DNA of 64,000 nucleotides, from assembly GCA_030141605.1 (NCBI GenBank), contig JAQGDQ010000029.1:434001-498000 (forward strand), read 5' to 3'. This DNA is from Tubiluchus corallicola. Its lineage: Eukaryota; Animalia; Priapulida. Under the pieces are notes generated by a model. The model was not told the DNA's origin and did not search any database. It saw only the letters and a program-made list of their open reading frames with translations. The first letter of the stretch is position 1, and the number at the start of each line of letters is the position of its first letter. The position numbers were made by a program, and so were the translations under genes. Below are positions 51,198-63,707 of this stretch, in pieces.

Positions 51198-53386
51198 TCA
51201 TAACATCAAGGTAAAGGTAAAACCTAGCGTTAAAGATAGGGCCAATAAAATAACAAATATAAATCCACGTCTTCTCGAGGCGGCGCTGAGTTTGCATTTG
51301 AAATCAGCAAACGACGGGCCCATATTATCTGGACCATCATTATACTTCATTGGAGGTACTTCACAACTAATGATATGTTTACGAAAACCGTAAGTAACCA
51401 GCCAGGCTGTTCTACAGTCGCAAATAAGCTTACAATCTGCAAAAAAACGAAAATTTGTTCAACTAATCTTGAATATTATAAACAGAATTACAAATAAAAT
51501 TAAAAAGTCCTTCTGACGAGCCACAAAATGGCGGAGTTGGTACTCACCTATGTAGAATTATTGTTCAAAAAGATTGATTTTGAGTACAGACTATGGTAGG
51601 TTTTCCTGAAGTAAGAAGTGAGAACACAAAACTGAGAACATGATCCAAAACTCTACATTCTACTGAATCACACTTCTCACAACTATCTGAGATCTTCAAA
51701 TGACCTCTCACGTCTAATTAATTGACATGTTCAGCGTATCTCATCACAAGAGTTCTTACAGCATTTTATAAGCATTTCAGAATCTCAAAGTAGTCTTTAT
51801 CAGTATGTGAAATCAAAGCTGAAGTTCCTCAAGGATCAACTGTCTTTAATAGAACCCACTTTGTTTCTCTTGTTTATAGCCTGACCTGCACAGACTCCCT
51901 CTAAGCGGCATGTCACCGTTAATGCGAAGAAGACAAAGCTTTTTCTCGCCAGTATAATACTTCACAGCTTATTATAAATATAGGGAAAGGAGTTTACAAC
52001 TCTCCACACATTTTAAATACCCTACCCTAACCTTTACCCTAACCCAGACCCTAACCCCACACCACCTCAAACCTAATCCTAATCCTTATCCTAACCCTAA
52101 TCCGCTTCACAGACTAATTTCTTATGTGTGGGGAATTGTGGACTCTAGCCAATATGGATTTCCGAATCTTTTACTTACTTAAGCTTGACTCATGTTTATG
52201 GTCTTAAGTTTGATGTCAGAAATTCTTACACGAGTCGCCAAAAACATATCGAACAAAGTAGGATGCCTTCGTCCTGCTCATCTATTAAATCTTGTCTCTA
52301 TAAATTGACAATTCGATTTCACATGGAGTACGTCTGAGCCAGTGCCTCGAGTTGCTAACTCAACCCACTTATTAGATAACAAGATCATAATTTCAAACTA
52401 GCCTCAGTCTGTGTCACTCGTGACATCCCTACACGGCCGTTAACTATAAAAATGACAAATTTTCAGAGCCGTTATCAAAACTAGCTTTACGAAATTATAA
52501 ATACTTGTTTGCTTGTGTGGCAAAGCACGAAGCAACTCGTTACTCGTGGGTTTTCTTATCGTACATATTGTACTGTATTTAACGTATTTCTTATTGTACG
52601 TATTGCGTATTGTATTTACATACTGTAGTTAAAGGTATTGAACTAAACTTTGAAATAACATAATATTACCTAGAATGCATAAATGTAAAAATGTCACATT
52701 GAAACACAGAAATAGGCGATAGTTTTATCAGAGATGAGCATTTCTCACAGGCCTATGCATCTAGTCATGCTCTAGTCATCTTTAACTATACCTGTTACTT
52801 CAACATCAATGGATTCTACATCTACATTCTCGGGAAACGTGGGTTCTAAAATAGTCTCTAGGCCATTATTCCTCAATACCAGATTTGTGAACTGGCCGTA
52901 GCTCTCAAGTGTCAGCGCTCCAATAAAAACTAATTTTGGATTTCCAACGATGATAAGTACACGAAGATCCTGCGTTGCTGCAAACACGTCTTCGGATATA
53001 TAAGACAACTCCGGATTGTTTACCAGAGAAATAGAATTGATGGTGCCGTGAAACGAACCATTTTCAAGTTCTTGAATAGCCGAATCTTTGATTATCAGTT
53101 CATCTAAATGCTTATCTTTTAAAAACTCCTCTACGAGCTTAGTCTCCTGGTAATCTTCAATGGTCAGTCCTTTCACATTACTTGGAAGTTCCGAAGAAAT
53201 TATTTTGAGATCAGTTTTGTTAAGGTGGCGCGTCACACCGCAACTTAAACGACAATCCATTTCAGTTTGTGTATCAACCATGCAATCTTCGTGGAGTATT
53301 TTTACAAGAACACACTCCGGCTTGGTAGGTTTTAACATTACATACATCGCAAGAACAAATGTTACAGCTTTTACTTCAAGTATCAT
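51198..53386 (-). CDS. Secreted, probably GPI-anchored leucine-rich-repeat protein (~277 aa; coding exons 52792-53386 and 51198-51436)
   Basis: Signal-like MILEVKAVTFVLAMYVML; LRRs (LDELIIKDSAIQEL, INSISLVNNPEL, LRVLIIVGNPKL, FTNLVLRNNGLETI); phase-1 intron joins to LRRCT DCKLICDCRTAWL...SC...FKC and hydrophobic C-terminus GFIFVILLALSLTLGFTFTLML*. Confidence 0.85.
51983..52150 (+). mobile_element. Small element with subterminal inverted repeats enclosing a degenerate CCCTAA array (Helentron/HINE-like)
   Basis: gagtttacaactctccacaca ... tgtgtggggaattgtggactc flank ccctaacc-type repeats. Confidence 0.55.
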
Positions 53387-55048
53387 TCTAAAGCACACAT
53401 CTATCGCAGTCCAGCAAACCTGAAAACGCAAGCTAGAACCAGAGAACACTCACCAGATTAAATACCGAAATCTGCTAGCTGCGGTATTTGAAAAAAGTTT
53501 GCGCGTCAGTGTATATGTGTGAGTTGTGAAAAAATCTTTTCTGGGCAAACGTTCGAATTGAACAATCAAAAAACAAAAATTCTAAAATTCTCAAATTGTC
53601 ATAATGCTCATTTTTTCATAAGTTTTGTGGGAGAGACGTCGGCCTGGTTCTTAATTAAACAAATACGTGGAAGTGTATATAGTCTAGTGTATTTTTTTTA
53701 TAGAGAAAGGTGCATAATGCTCAAGTCTACGAGTTAATAATTAGAATGGTTTGTTGTTACTGAAACATATAATTTAAACTAAATTTTGACTAACAAAAAC
53801 CGCATAACCATTGGTTTAAAAGGAGTGGCCACCCAAATAAAGTTTATTCAATTCACAAGATTTGTCGCAATTACATAGTTACTTCTTATAACCGCAGTAA
53901 ACCTAATTATAGTTACATATCAGCACATAACCATAAAAAAGTATTAAAGAAAGTGGGAAAAAAATAACGAATTAGGCGGACCATTTGACGTCTGCTTGTA
54001 AGAAAAGCAACCGTCAAATGCTCACCTGTACACTGGTGACGAAGGAATTTATAGCTTCGGAATGAAGCCCGTATGAATAATTCAAGGTTAACCTAATTGA
54101 ATCACTCTAGATAAATTTGCAAAGGTTATAGAACCGGAATAAACTAGTTTGCAATGCTGTAGAGTAGAATTCTCAGTTCTAAAATTTTCAAAAAAGTTGG
54201 TTATTTTTAGAAATGAATTTATAGTTTAAAACTTTATTTCAGACTTTCTTCCATATAAAAACAAACGTTATTAACGTAGAAGATAAAAGACAGATTTATT
54301 ATACAAATAAATAGTAAAACACACTACTATATACAGCACATGCTATCACCCTCCCAACTCCCGGAACATTTCATTCGCATAAGCATTGTATACAATAAAA
54401 CATCAGTGATTAAAAAATAATACTAAAAACAATACTAAAAAGTAATACTATTTTATAATAAAATAATAAAATAATGCAATAAAACGTGAATACAATAAAA
54501 TGTCTGCACTAAAATTATTATAAAGTCATGTAGCCTGTTTGATACATATAAAATTTTCAGCCAATACTGGTGCATTTTTTTGTTGATACCTGCATTCACT
54601 GTTCCATATGTTCAGTACCGAAATATTCCAACTTTTAGACAGGTGTTTTAGGTGAATAAATACATTTTCGAATTATAGTGTCAAAATAAAACATGTTAAG
54701 TTAAACACACATTCCCCTTGCAGAACAGTTATATTGTAGCTGAAATAATTTGCGGATATCTTTGTTGTGTGCATTTTTTTATGTGTTTAAAACTATAATA
54801 AAAAAATTGTACCATAGAGCTGCTCAATAAAAGTTTGAACGCTGCGATATAAAAGCTTTCCTTTTTAAGCTTGCGCCACATTTTCAAAAATTTGTTATCT
54901 ATTTGATCTGTTGTTTTATCTCATGTATCTTATATCATTTGTTTGATCTTATGTGATCTATCTATATCGCGGTCACGATTTTCATAATCAAATATCTGGC
55001 CAAGATATTTCTCTTCTTTCACACTTTTTTAAAAGTGCATTTTAAATA

Positions 55049-55640
55049 GGTCTGATCACCAAAGTTAAGCAACGTAGAGCCTGGTTAGTACTTGGATAGG
55101 TGACAACCTAGAAATACCAGGTGCTGTAGGCTTGGGGATGCCCACAATGTATCTCGACACTAGGCGGAAGAGCTGCACAAGCAGCCAACGGTTAGAGGGC
55201 GGAGGAGGTCAAGTGACCCAACGGCCATGTGTAGAGGAGTAGACCTTCCAAATCAGGAGTGGAGCCCCGAAGGCGGACCAGTGCAGCATGCGCACTGACT
55301 CCGGCCGCTCCTGCTGCCAACCTGGTGCCAAACGTATCGCTCCGCTTTCCTTTGGACTACACCAGGGAGGAAGAGAGGGGGTTCCTGCTGTCTGGGCAAC
55401 TCAGGATCTCCATACACCTTGCCCAGGCGTGCGCCCTGGAGATGCCATTCCAGTGTCACTGCTCCAGTGACAGAAACAACACGGGAGGCAGCAGTTACAA
55501 GTTATGGCTGTCTAACTGTCGTTCAAGGATCAGACTGCTCAGCCACAGTCGACGCTGCAGCTCCATCAATGTGATCGGTAACTGCCTCTCTTGGCGCACA
55601 CTCCATTGTCTTCCGAGACAGAAGGATGCCAACAACAACA
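55049..55640 (+). mobile_element. 5S rRNA-derived SINE (SINE3) with RTE-derived body and tail
   Basis: 5S head 55050-55133; GC-rich body; 3' ~115 nt nearly identical to RTE end at 49211-49325; (CAA)n tail; 8-bp TSD TTTAAATA at 55041-55048 and 55641-55648. Confidence 0.9.
55050..55133 (+). pseudogene. 5S rRNA-derived segment (approx. nt 38-120 of 5S, internal control region retained)
   Basis: GTCTGATC..AAGTTAAGCA...GCCTGGTTAGTACTTGGATAGGTGAC..CCTAGAAATACCAGGTGCTGTAGGCTT; lacks the 5' ~37 nt and the oligo-T terminator. Confidence 0.88.
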
Positions 55641-58600
55641 TTTAAATAAGCGCCACCCGTTTCTAAGTGTCTCATACGAACTGATTTTATGGATAAAATT
55701 TTAGTTTTATTCGTGTTCACAATAATTTCAGGTTTAATTACTATAAACATTGATAAGCTGTTGAAGTCAGGAAATGGTCGGAGCCAGCAAGCAAAGTTAC
55801 ATCATCTGCATAAGACAGTTGATTGCAGTAATTGCCTCCTACAGAACTGTTAAAGAACTAGTTAAATTTACACTCAGTTTATAAAAATAAATTTAGTTTT
55901 GGGGAGAGAATCCTTTCTTGCCTGAACCCATTTGATACCGAAAAGAAAGGTTAGTTAAGTTCATCCCATCTCGCAGTCATACGCTGTTTTATGTACCGAT
56001 AATATAGTAGCCTTACAATAAAGACAGGCAGGCGAGTAACTCTAAGGAGTTCATCAAATTAATGGCCGAAATTCACCTGGTCGAACGCCTTGAAGGCATC
56101 TATAAAACATATGTGTGTACAACTGTTCTTAGATTTATATAAATTTATTATTTCTTTAAGAATGTGTATGCACATAATTGTGCCATGATTTTTCTTATAG
56201 CTGAACTGAGAGTCAGTGCAATAAGTCTATGTGTGCTGTTGGTATTTAGGCGTAAATGTGTTTCTAAACATAAAAAAGACGAACGTTGAAATGCATGATG
56301 TTTATAGCACATTTTTGTTGTAGAGACGATTTGGGAAAGAAAGTATTACTGTTTAAAGTGGCGTAACTTTATACAATTCGCGTATTATGAGGTGTCACAA
56401 AAAATTTCGATTGTCAAATCTTGTTAATTAATTAATCTTGTTGTTTTTTTGACATTTTGGTGGAACAACAATAGTGTTACTTGGTAATATGAAACAAGCT
56501 ATTTACATTATAACAAACCTGATACTATTCCTACCTTCAGTAACAGCTTCGAGTACTGCTGACTTTCGCTGGTTTGATGTCCCACTTTCTTCCCAAGTCA
56601 TTCGCATTGTTTTTACTGAACCTGCTGCGCTTCATAGTACATTGTCTGCCTAATATGTCCATCTTTGTTCCATACTCTCAGCTGCTATATCATTTTTATG
56701 TCTGCCCTGATGATACCTGTTCTAATGTGACCTGACTCACCACACTCACAGAGTGCCCAGAACAGTGCTAAATGCTCCTCTTTATTAATAAGTGTATGTC
56801 AAATGAGGGATATTTTGTAAAACGGTAATTATGGAAACAATTGTCTGTGACAAAGCGAACGTAGCGAACTAATTGGTTCTTCTGCTCGTCATTTTAAGAG
56901 CCATGAAATTATTTTTACAAGTTTTATAATTTAGAGTTGACAGTGGCACAGATTGAGATTGAGAAAAAGTCCTAAGTACTCAAATCAAGCAATCTGTGTG
57001 TGCCGCTGCATATAACTTCTCCTATGCAAGCTTTCGGTAAGCTACACACTTTCTACTGCATGTTTGCTCGGTATAAATCTACTCATACCTGTTCAAATAC
57101 GTAATTTTGTGAGTTTTACCTGTTTTATCTTGACTTGTTTTAATTATTTCACCTTATGCTTGTATAAAATAAGTCATCAAGTTTAGATTCAGCTCAGTTG
57201 ATTTTACCCACCTAATCTAACGTAGTCATTTAATTATGTCTTTTCAAATTTGCTTCTGTAAATATTTTGCTGGTTTTTTTAGTTTTTATTATAATTGTGG
57301 TAATTTTAGTCGATGATAATAGTTCCTGTGAAGTAATGTTTTACGTACTGTAAAATCGACTTTCTTACTCTTTGATACAATGACCGTGAGACCGTCTGCT
57401 GCAGCAGAGATGAATTCACTAACTAAATATTTTTAATCTTGTGCAAAGGGATGCATTAATCATTAAGATTACATATTATATTAAATTTTCCGAATTACGC
57501 TGCCAGTCACACGCGAAGAAAAAAATTGTACGCAACAATTTGCATCACACAGATTTTTGAGTGCTATTCCAACTTTTTATTACTCTAGCGCACACAGTAT
57601 TTCATTAAATGTACTTATATAATCTTCTGTCTCGCGCAGCCTTGTCCTGCTTCCGTGTGCGCCCTGTGCACAACAATTTTTGCCGTGTGAAACCAAATCA
57701 GTCTAAAAAAGCAGACATCTAAGTAAACATTTACTATGCAAAAGTTGCTTGAAGCACAAGAAAAATCAGTGTCTTCACTTACATAAAGTTTACATATATT
57801 CTACTTACATACTGTCTTATTACATTAACAGGGCTTGCGTTACCATTAAAGCCGTATAAAAACTTGAAAATACCCGTGTTCGCAGCTATTTTGAAGATAA
57901 GTCATTTGAAATAAGTTTAGATAACATTGCATGAAATTAAAAAAAAAATCAGGGAATTCGGAGCACGCTCTTCAATAATTAAGCAAAATATTAAATTACA
58001 GAATCTTGTCATTAAGATTAAAAATCTTTTTTTGGCGAGTGAGTGGTGATTCAACGACATTTTACCAATTAACGCAAACATTTCAAATTGTTCTAAAATG
58101 AAAACAAACAAAAATTCCGTTTAACACGAGCTCGACATATCTTTAAAATTGCTATAAAGTAATGTAATTTTTTAAGGTGATAGGTGATTTTTCTGAAACC
58201 AACTTCAGGAACCCCTTTTCTTGTCCTTTAATTCACTCAAAAGTGCGCAAATGTTTTTATTAAGCGCTGTGCGTCATACAGTTTGTTACATACAGATTTT
58301 TTTACCATGTGCGTCTCATATAAGTTTAGATAATCAAATAGCTTGCTTAGTAGTAAGATAGTCATGATAGTTTAATAACGCATTCAAGTAAGAGGTTGTT
58401 GGACACAGTTCGGAAAACGTGATTTCTGTTGGAGTGTCTGTTCATGATGCAAAATAATCATCGCGATCCTATCTAATTTGATGAAGACCGTATTTGGTAA
58501 ACATTAGTTTTGTTACCACGTAGTGCTGGGTGCACTGATTTCGCATTGTCTTGTTGTTCGTAACTTTGTATACTATGTATTACTTGCCTTGTAATAGTCA

Positions 58601-59738
58601 AAATGTGTTGACAGGAATGAGGAATCATTCAATTTTTGAATGAGTAATCACCAAATTACGTTTGTGGGTCATACTTGTGTTGCTATTGTCAACCGTCGAT
58701 GCCTTGAAACTACCTTAACGTGCAAGAGTGTCAAAGCAAATGATGCTCTTTATACCCTTGACTCACGTATTTGCCCTATTTGAAATAATTTTGGCATGTT
58801 GCTCATTAACACTGTAAATTGTTTCTTTTTAATAATGTGAGAAGATTTTGTGCAAGGAGTACCGAATTGTTGCAATAATGAAAAGCAACGTAAGAAATTA
58901 AGCAACATTATAATTATTATAGAATTTTTATTTTGCAACAATTTCGAACATTGTACATCATATTTAAATTCAGATTTATTTACAATCTGCCATTGTTTAT
59001 TTTATATTTCGAAACTATAGCTAACTGTATAATATTTACAACCCATTTGTGACTTTCTGAATTGTCGATGTTTTTAATACGTCCAAAAAGCTTGTTGTAA
59101 TTATGCGATTAGCACAACTTTGTCATAATTCAACTGAATCTTGATCATTTCATTAGTATCTTGAAAATCACCCTTCTTAAAGTTGTTTTCAGATGCTGAA
59201 ATGTCCAAAAAAACATGATCAGACTAAATGATTTGCTGTCGCTTGTCTTTTGGAAAATTTATCTTATAGAGGTCCTGCACTACAATCTTGACTGTAAATT
59301 AGATAGGCAAGTTATATATTTACTATGTGAGCGATAGTATCATAAATTAAACTAAATAAAAATCACGTTTGCACTTTTGTATTACACGAGTTTGGAATTA
59401 AATGAAAAGGTAAACTCTTTCTTGGAGCGCCGTTGACTTACGTGTAAGACAAGCACTTTCAAAAGTGTAAGTGTAATGAGATATATGTAGAAATATATAT
59501 ATCACATTATCATATATATGGTTATAGTATATATAATATAGAGTAATATACATACATAATCTGATTACTTAATTAGTTACAACAAGGTTAATAATGGCCT
59601 TATAATGGTCAAAGCAGCATGCAGATCATTCTGAGGATGCTACTTTATACAATGTCTTGTATTCAGACAGCTTCTTATTAGGACCTAGAAGTTAAATTAA
59701 GAATGGTGTTTAAAAATGCGTTACCTTTTACTTGGATA

Positions 59739-59866
59739 CTAGACCTCATTTTCACCATCACAGAAATAACAAGAGTTGGGGCAGTACTTCAACATAAATT
59801 CCGGATTTTCTTCACAAGCGCCCTCAGTGGCTAAACGTGGACAAGCTGTGACTGTATCATCACAAC
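59739..59866 (-). CDS. ShKT exon E (terminal coding exon)
   Basis: CDDTVTACPRLATEGACEENPEFMLKYCPNSCYFCDGENEV*. Confidence 0.9.
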
Positions 59867-62800
59867 CTGAAAGAAATATAATAAGAAATTTACCCATTCA
59901 TAAATGATGCGTTTTATGACTTTTACATAAAATGCCTCTACAAACTTGCTACCTAGTAGGTGCAATATAAAGCGATGTCTTGAGAATCATTATTTCCAAA
60001 GTTTTGCTTTTGACAACTATTAGCTGACTGTATAGGTCCAAAACATTCATACCTTGATCATTATTATTGTGAAATAAAACAAATTCTAATTCTAACCAGT
60101 CAACGAATAAACAATACTCGAGTTTCTGCTAAGATACTCACTACTTTTCCTCATACAAGTCTTGCAGCTTAGCGGGCAATCTTTAAGCATAAAGTCCGGG
60201 TTAGCTTCGCATTCTCCCTCATCTGCCCATTCTTCACAGTTCAAGTTTTTGTCTATGCAAGGAGCTGAAGCAGTTAAACAGATATAGAAGGCATCAATTT
60301 TGAACTATATTTAACGTACAAGCCGTGCATATGCGACCTTTCGATATTTCTATATATCTTGTTATATACTTCATCGCTAACTTAAAAACTAACTGAAACG
60401 AAGATGTTGTTCGTTCAATCAACATTGGCCTTATTGCACAGTATTTTATTGCTGCAGTTTGATACGAAGTGCTACTTTTGCAATACATGACGAAAGTCGT
60501 GCTATGCGAATATATACAGCTATGCGTACAAGTTGCTATGAGAGCTTTAGTGTAACTGTTATAAGTTGTAATCGCTCGGTTTATTCCACGCGTTTTAATA
60601 ACACCGTGCTTATAAAAGTCATTTTCTATCTTAGTTTTCACATTTCGATTAGCTGTAACGCTATTTAAAATGAATGTTAGTCAGAATAATTAAGTGGGCG
60701 ATATATCAAACAGATCTAACTCATTTGCTCTAATGGTTTCCGGTACTGAAGTAAGCAGCTTGTGAAAATTTCAGTATAATCTTCCATGATTATAATTTTT
60801 TGTAACTACGCTTAACATTTCATGTGTAATAGTGTATACTAATTTTGTGTATTGCGGTTCATATTCATTGTGCATTTCAGCTCTGCTTCTTAACTGGTCA
60901 TTTTCATATGTACAGACTTAAAATAAACTGTAATAGAAAATGAACGAATAAACGTAAAGTATGTATCAGTGAGTTACTAAGAATCGTCCTCTATATTAGA
61001 AGCAGCCTTCAAACTTTCAAGAAAGCAAGGAAAAAAGAGTGGGGACATCCCCACTGCTGCTGCTTGTTACTGCCCTCTACCGTCACTCCGCAAGCATTAT
61101 ATCTTACATGTCATAGCTTCTATGTAGGTGCAAACGCTGCAGCTTTTTCTACATTTATAGAGCAAGAAGTTTGGCCTTTTGTAACATTCTCCTCGTTTAG
61201 CCCAAAGGGGACAGTTTCCATCAAAATCAACACATTCTGAAAAATTAAAAGCTTATAAAAATTCTTGAAATTTTATGTCACTTATATATATATAATTGAT
61301 ATATCCATATTATTATATCCATATAATATAATAAATTTTGTACTGCTATATATATATATGTATATATAGATATAGCAGAGAGAGAGAGAGAGCGAAAGAG
61401 AGGGAGAGAAAGAAAGAGAGCAGTAGTAACGCTGTGCAAAACTTGTAAATTTAAACTCCCTCAATGACCATTAGACGCAGACATTTTGAGGGTAAGTCGT
61501 TTAATTCAAAAAATAATCACAGTATTCGTAGCTCTTTGCTAACTAAGCAAAAGTATAAATTGCTTTTATCTTGTCAATAAGATCAATAATGCGTTTTTTT
61601 TAAGAATCAGTGGTGCACACTAGAATGGCGATAAAGAGCCGCATTACCAGGTATCATGAATATTTTCAATTATTAGGAATTTTCTTTTCCAATTGCATAA
61701 GTCTTTCAAACAGGTAAGTATAATACAGGGTAATATAACTTTGTGTGAGAAGTTTTTCAGACATAGCTTGAAAATAAGATAATGTTTTTCTGAGACTTGC
61801 CATTGTCGTGATCATGAAGAATATAAAATAGCCTTTAAATCTCAAAAGCTTATAATTTTTCCAGAAGCTTTCGTCATTCACATACTTCGTCAGCTGTAAG
61901 AGGCTAGAATCTAGGCCATACAAGTAGATTTCAGGTATGTTTATCTGCAGTTTCATTTTGATTTTTTTTCTTAATTAGTAATCGCAATGCTTCTTCTAAT
62001 TTAGTTTTTAACGCAGCTTCTTAATGATTTTTTTCCTCATTTTAATGTCATTGTATTAATCTCATTACATGCAGTTTTGTCTGTAATTTTTATGATTTGT
62101 ATTATTGTATCTCTACCTTACAGCTGACGCAGTCCATGAGGGACGAAAGTTACTAGAAAAATAATTTCTTTTGAGATTTAAAAGGCATTTTGTCTTTTTC
62201 GGACATTTAGGGCAAATAGTATTTTCTTTCCCTTAATGTGTACGATGCTAAGCATCAATGTTCGCTGTGTTTTCTGATAGCAGCTGTAAATTCCGTGGTA
62301 TCCAACAACCATTTAAGGGGGAAAAGATGTTGTCCAATCGTCAAAGCTCGTGAAATTTACTGACAAAATCCGCGCCTGTGGTAGCATAAAACAGATTATT
62401 ATTTCATTATAAAGTTTATGTAGGTTTTATTAAAACCAAATGATGCTGAATGATCTTTTCTACTCTTAATTTTATTAAAATAAGAAAACTCTTCTCTCTT
62501 TAAACAGTATCTTCAAATATGTGTATTGTTTTTTATAATTACGTTGCAGCTAAAAAAACTCAACGAACTAAGAAAAGTCATAAAATTCGCTTCAAAAATT
62601 CAGATTATTTAGAGACTTGTTAAAGACCCACGTTCGTTTACACATGTCCAGTATTTTTTATTTCATATATGCTATAACGAATGCTCTGTTGTATGGCGAA
62701 GCAATAGTGGTAATTTCGTACTGCAGGAGTCCAGAAATTAATTCTGAGATTATCGTTAGGTCTCAGTAGTTAGTAATAAAATGATAACAACCGATCAATT

Positions 62801-63637
62801 TAAAAGTAAACCAAAGTAAAGCAATGTTACCTGCTTGTTCTCCACAAACTTTACAACTCTTTTGACAGTTGAAGACAAAGTTTCCTACTGTCTTGCAGTG
62901 ACCTTTTTGAGCACCTTCTTCACAGTGCTTATCATCTATATAGTTGTAACAATCTGCAATATGAAAAAAGTTTCTTAGCTAAGAGGCGGTTACACCTTTA
63001 TAAATACAACAATAATTTCAACTGCCACGATGAAAAAGATTCAATAGCTTATATTATTGAGAAATCCCGCAACTAGACGAGTGTAAATTGTAATATGTTC
63101 CCCAGTCAGAGATACAATACAAACCGAAACAAACAAAACCAGGTATTTTTACGGTATTTACTTATGTGTGTTACGTGGTCGATATTGTACAAATGTAGTA
63201 CTTTTTGTTGTACGTGTGTGCTGATATCATTCGCTTTTCCCTGGAACAAAATACATCTTATCTTATCTTAAATAACAACTTTTTTGAAAAATAGGAACCA
63301 ATTTCTTCACGACTCAAATATATTTGCCATAACTATTAGTACATTACTTGGTTAACTAATTTTGTTTTCATTTTGTTTTGCGTAAATTTGCACAATTTTA
63401 TTTACCATAATTGTGTGCTATTAATTTAATTTTGATCTGTTTTCCTATTCTATTCTTTATTTTGTTCGAATAATATTTACTTGCCATGCTGAAATTAGTA
63501 GACTCACTATTTAGGGATGGTAGACTAGATGACCTTTAGGGCTTTCTCCAACCCGCCCTTCTTTAGACCTTGTAACTCATTGTTATATACTATCTATGAT
63601 TGTTATTTTGAAGGCAAAAAATAAATTATTATTATTA

Positions 63638-63707
<70 letters not shown>

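Larger units (their letters stand above)
54500..56220 (-). mobile_element. Decayed RTEX-like LINE, interrupted by the 5S-derived SINE
   Basis: Minus-strand QFSYKKNHGTIMC...CFIDAFKAFDQVN, SNGFRQ..ILSP, YADD (55650-56220), resuming with KEEKYLGQ left of 55040; many stops; left boundary approximate. Confidence 0.7.

Noticed and set aside
51505-51545. Hammerhead ribozyme (CTGACGA-GCCA-caaaa-TGGC)
   Set aside because: The required GAAA reads GGAG and I cannot find stems I and III; at best a dead relic.
51548-51713. Extra exon in the LRR gene intron (good GTGAGT donor)
   Set aside because: Every phase-compatible reading hits a stop, and the direct splice already gives a complete LRRCT.
55050-55133. 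Functional 5S rRNA gene
   Set aside because: Lacks the first ~37 nt and the oligo-T terminator, and lies inside a TSD-bounded retroposed unit.
55253-55750. Several overlapping ORFs in GC-rich sequence
   Set aside because: They lie within the SINE or the decayed LINE and reflect low stop-codon density, not genes.
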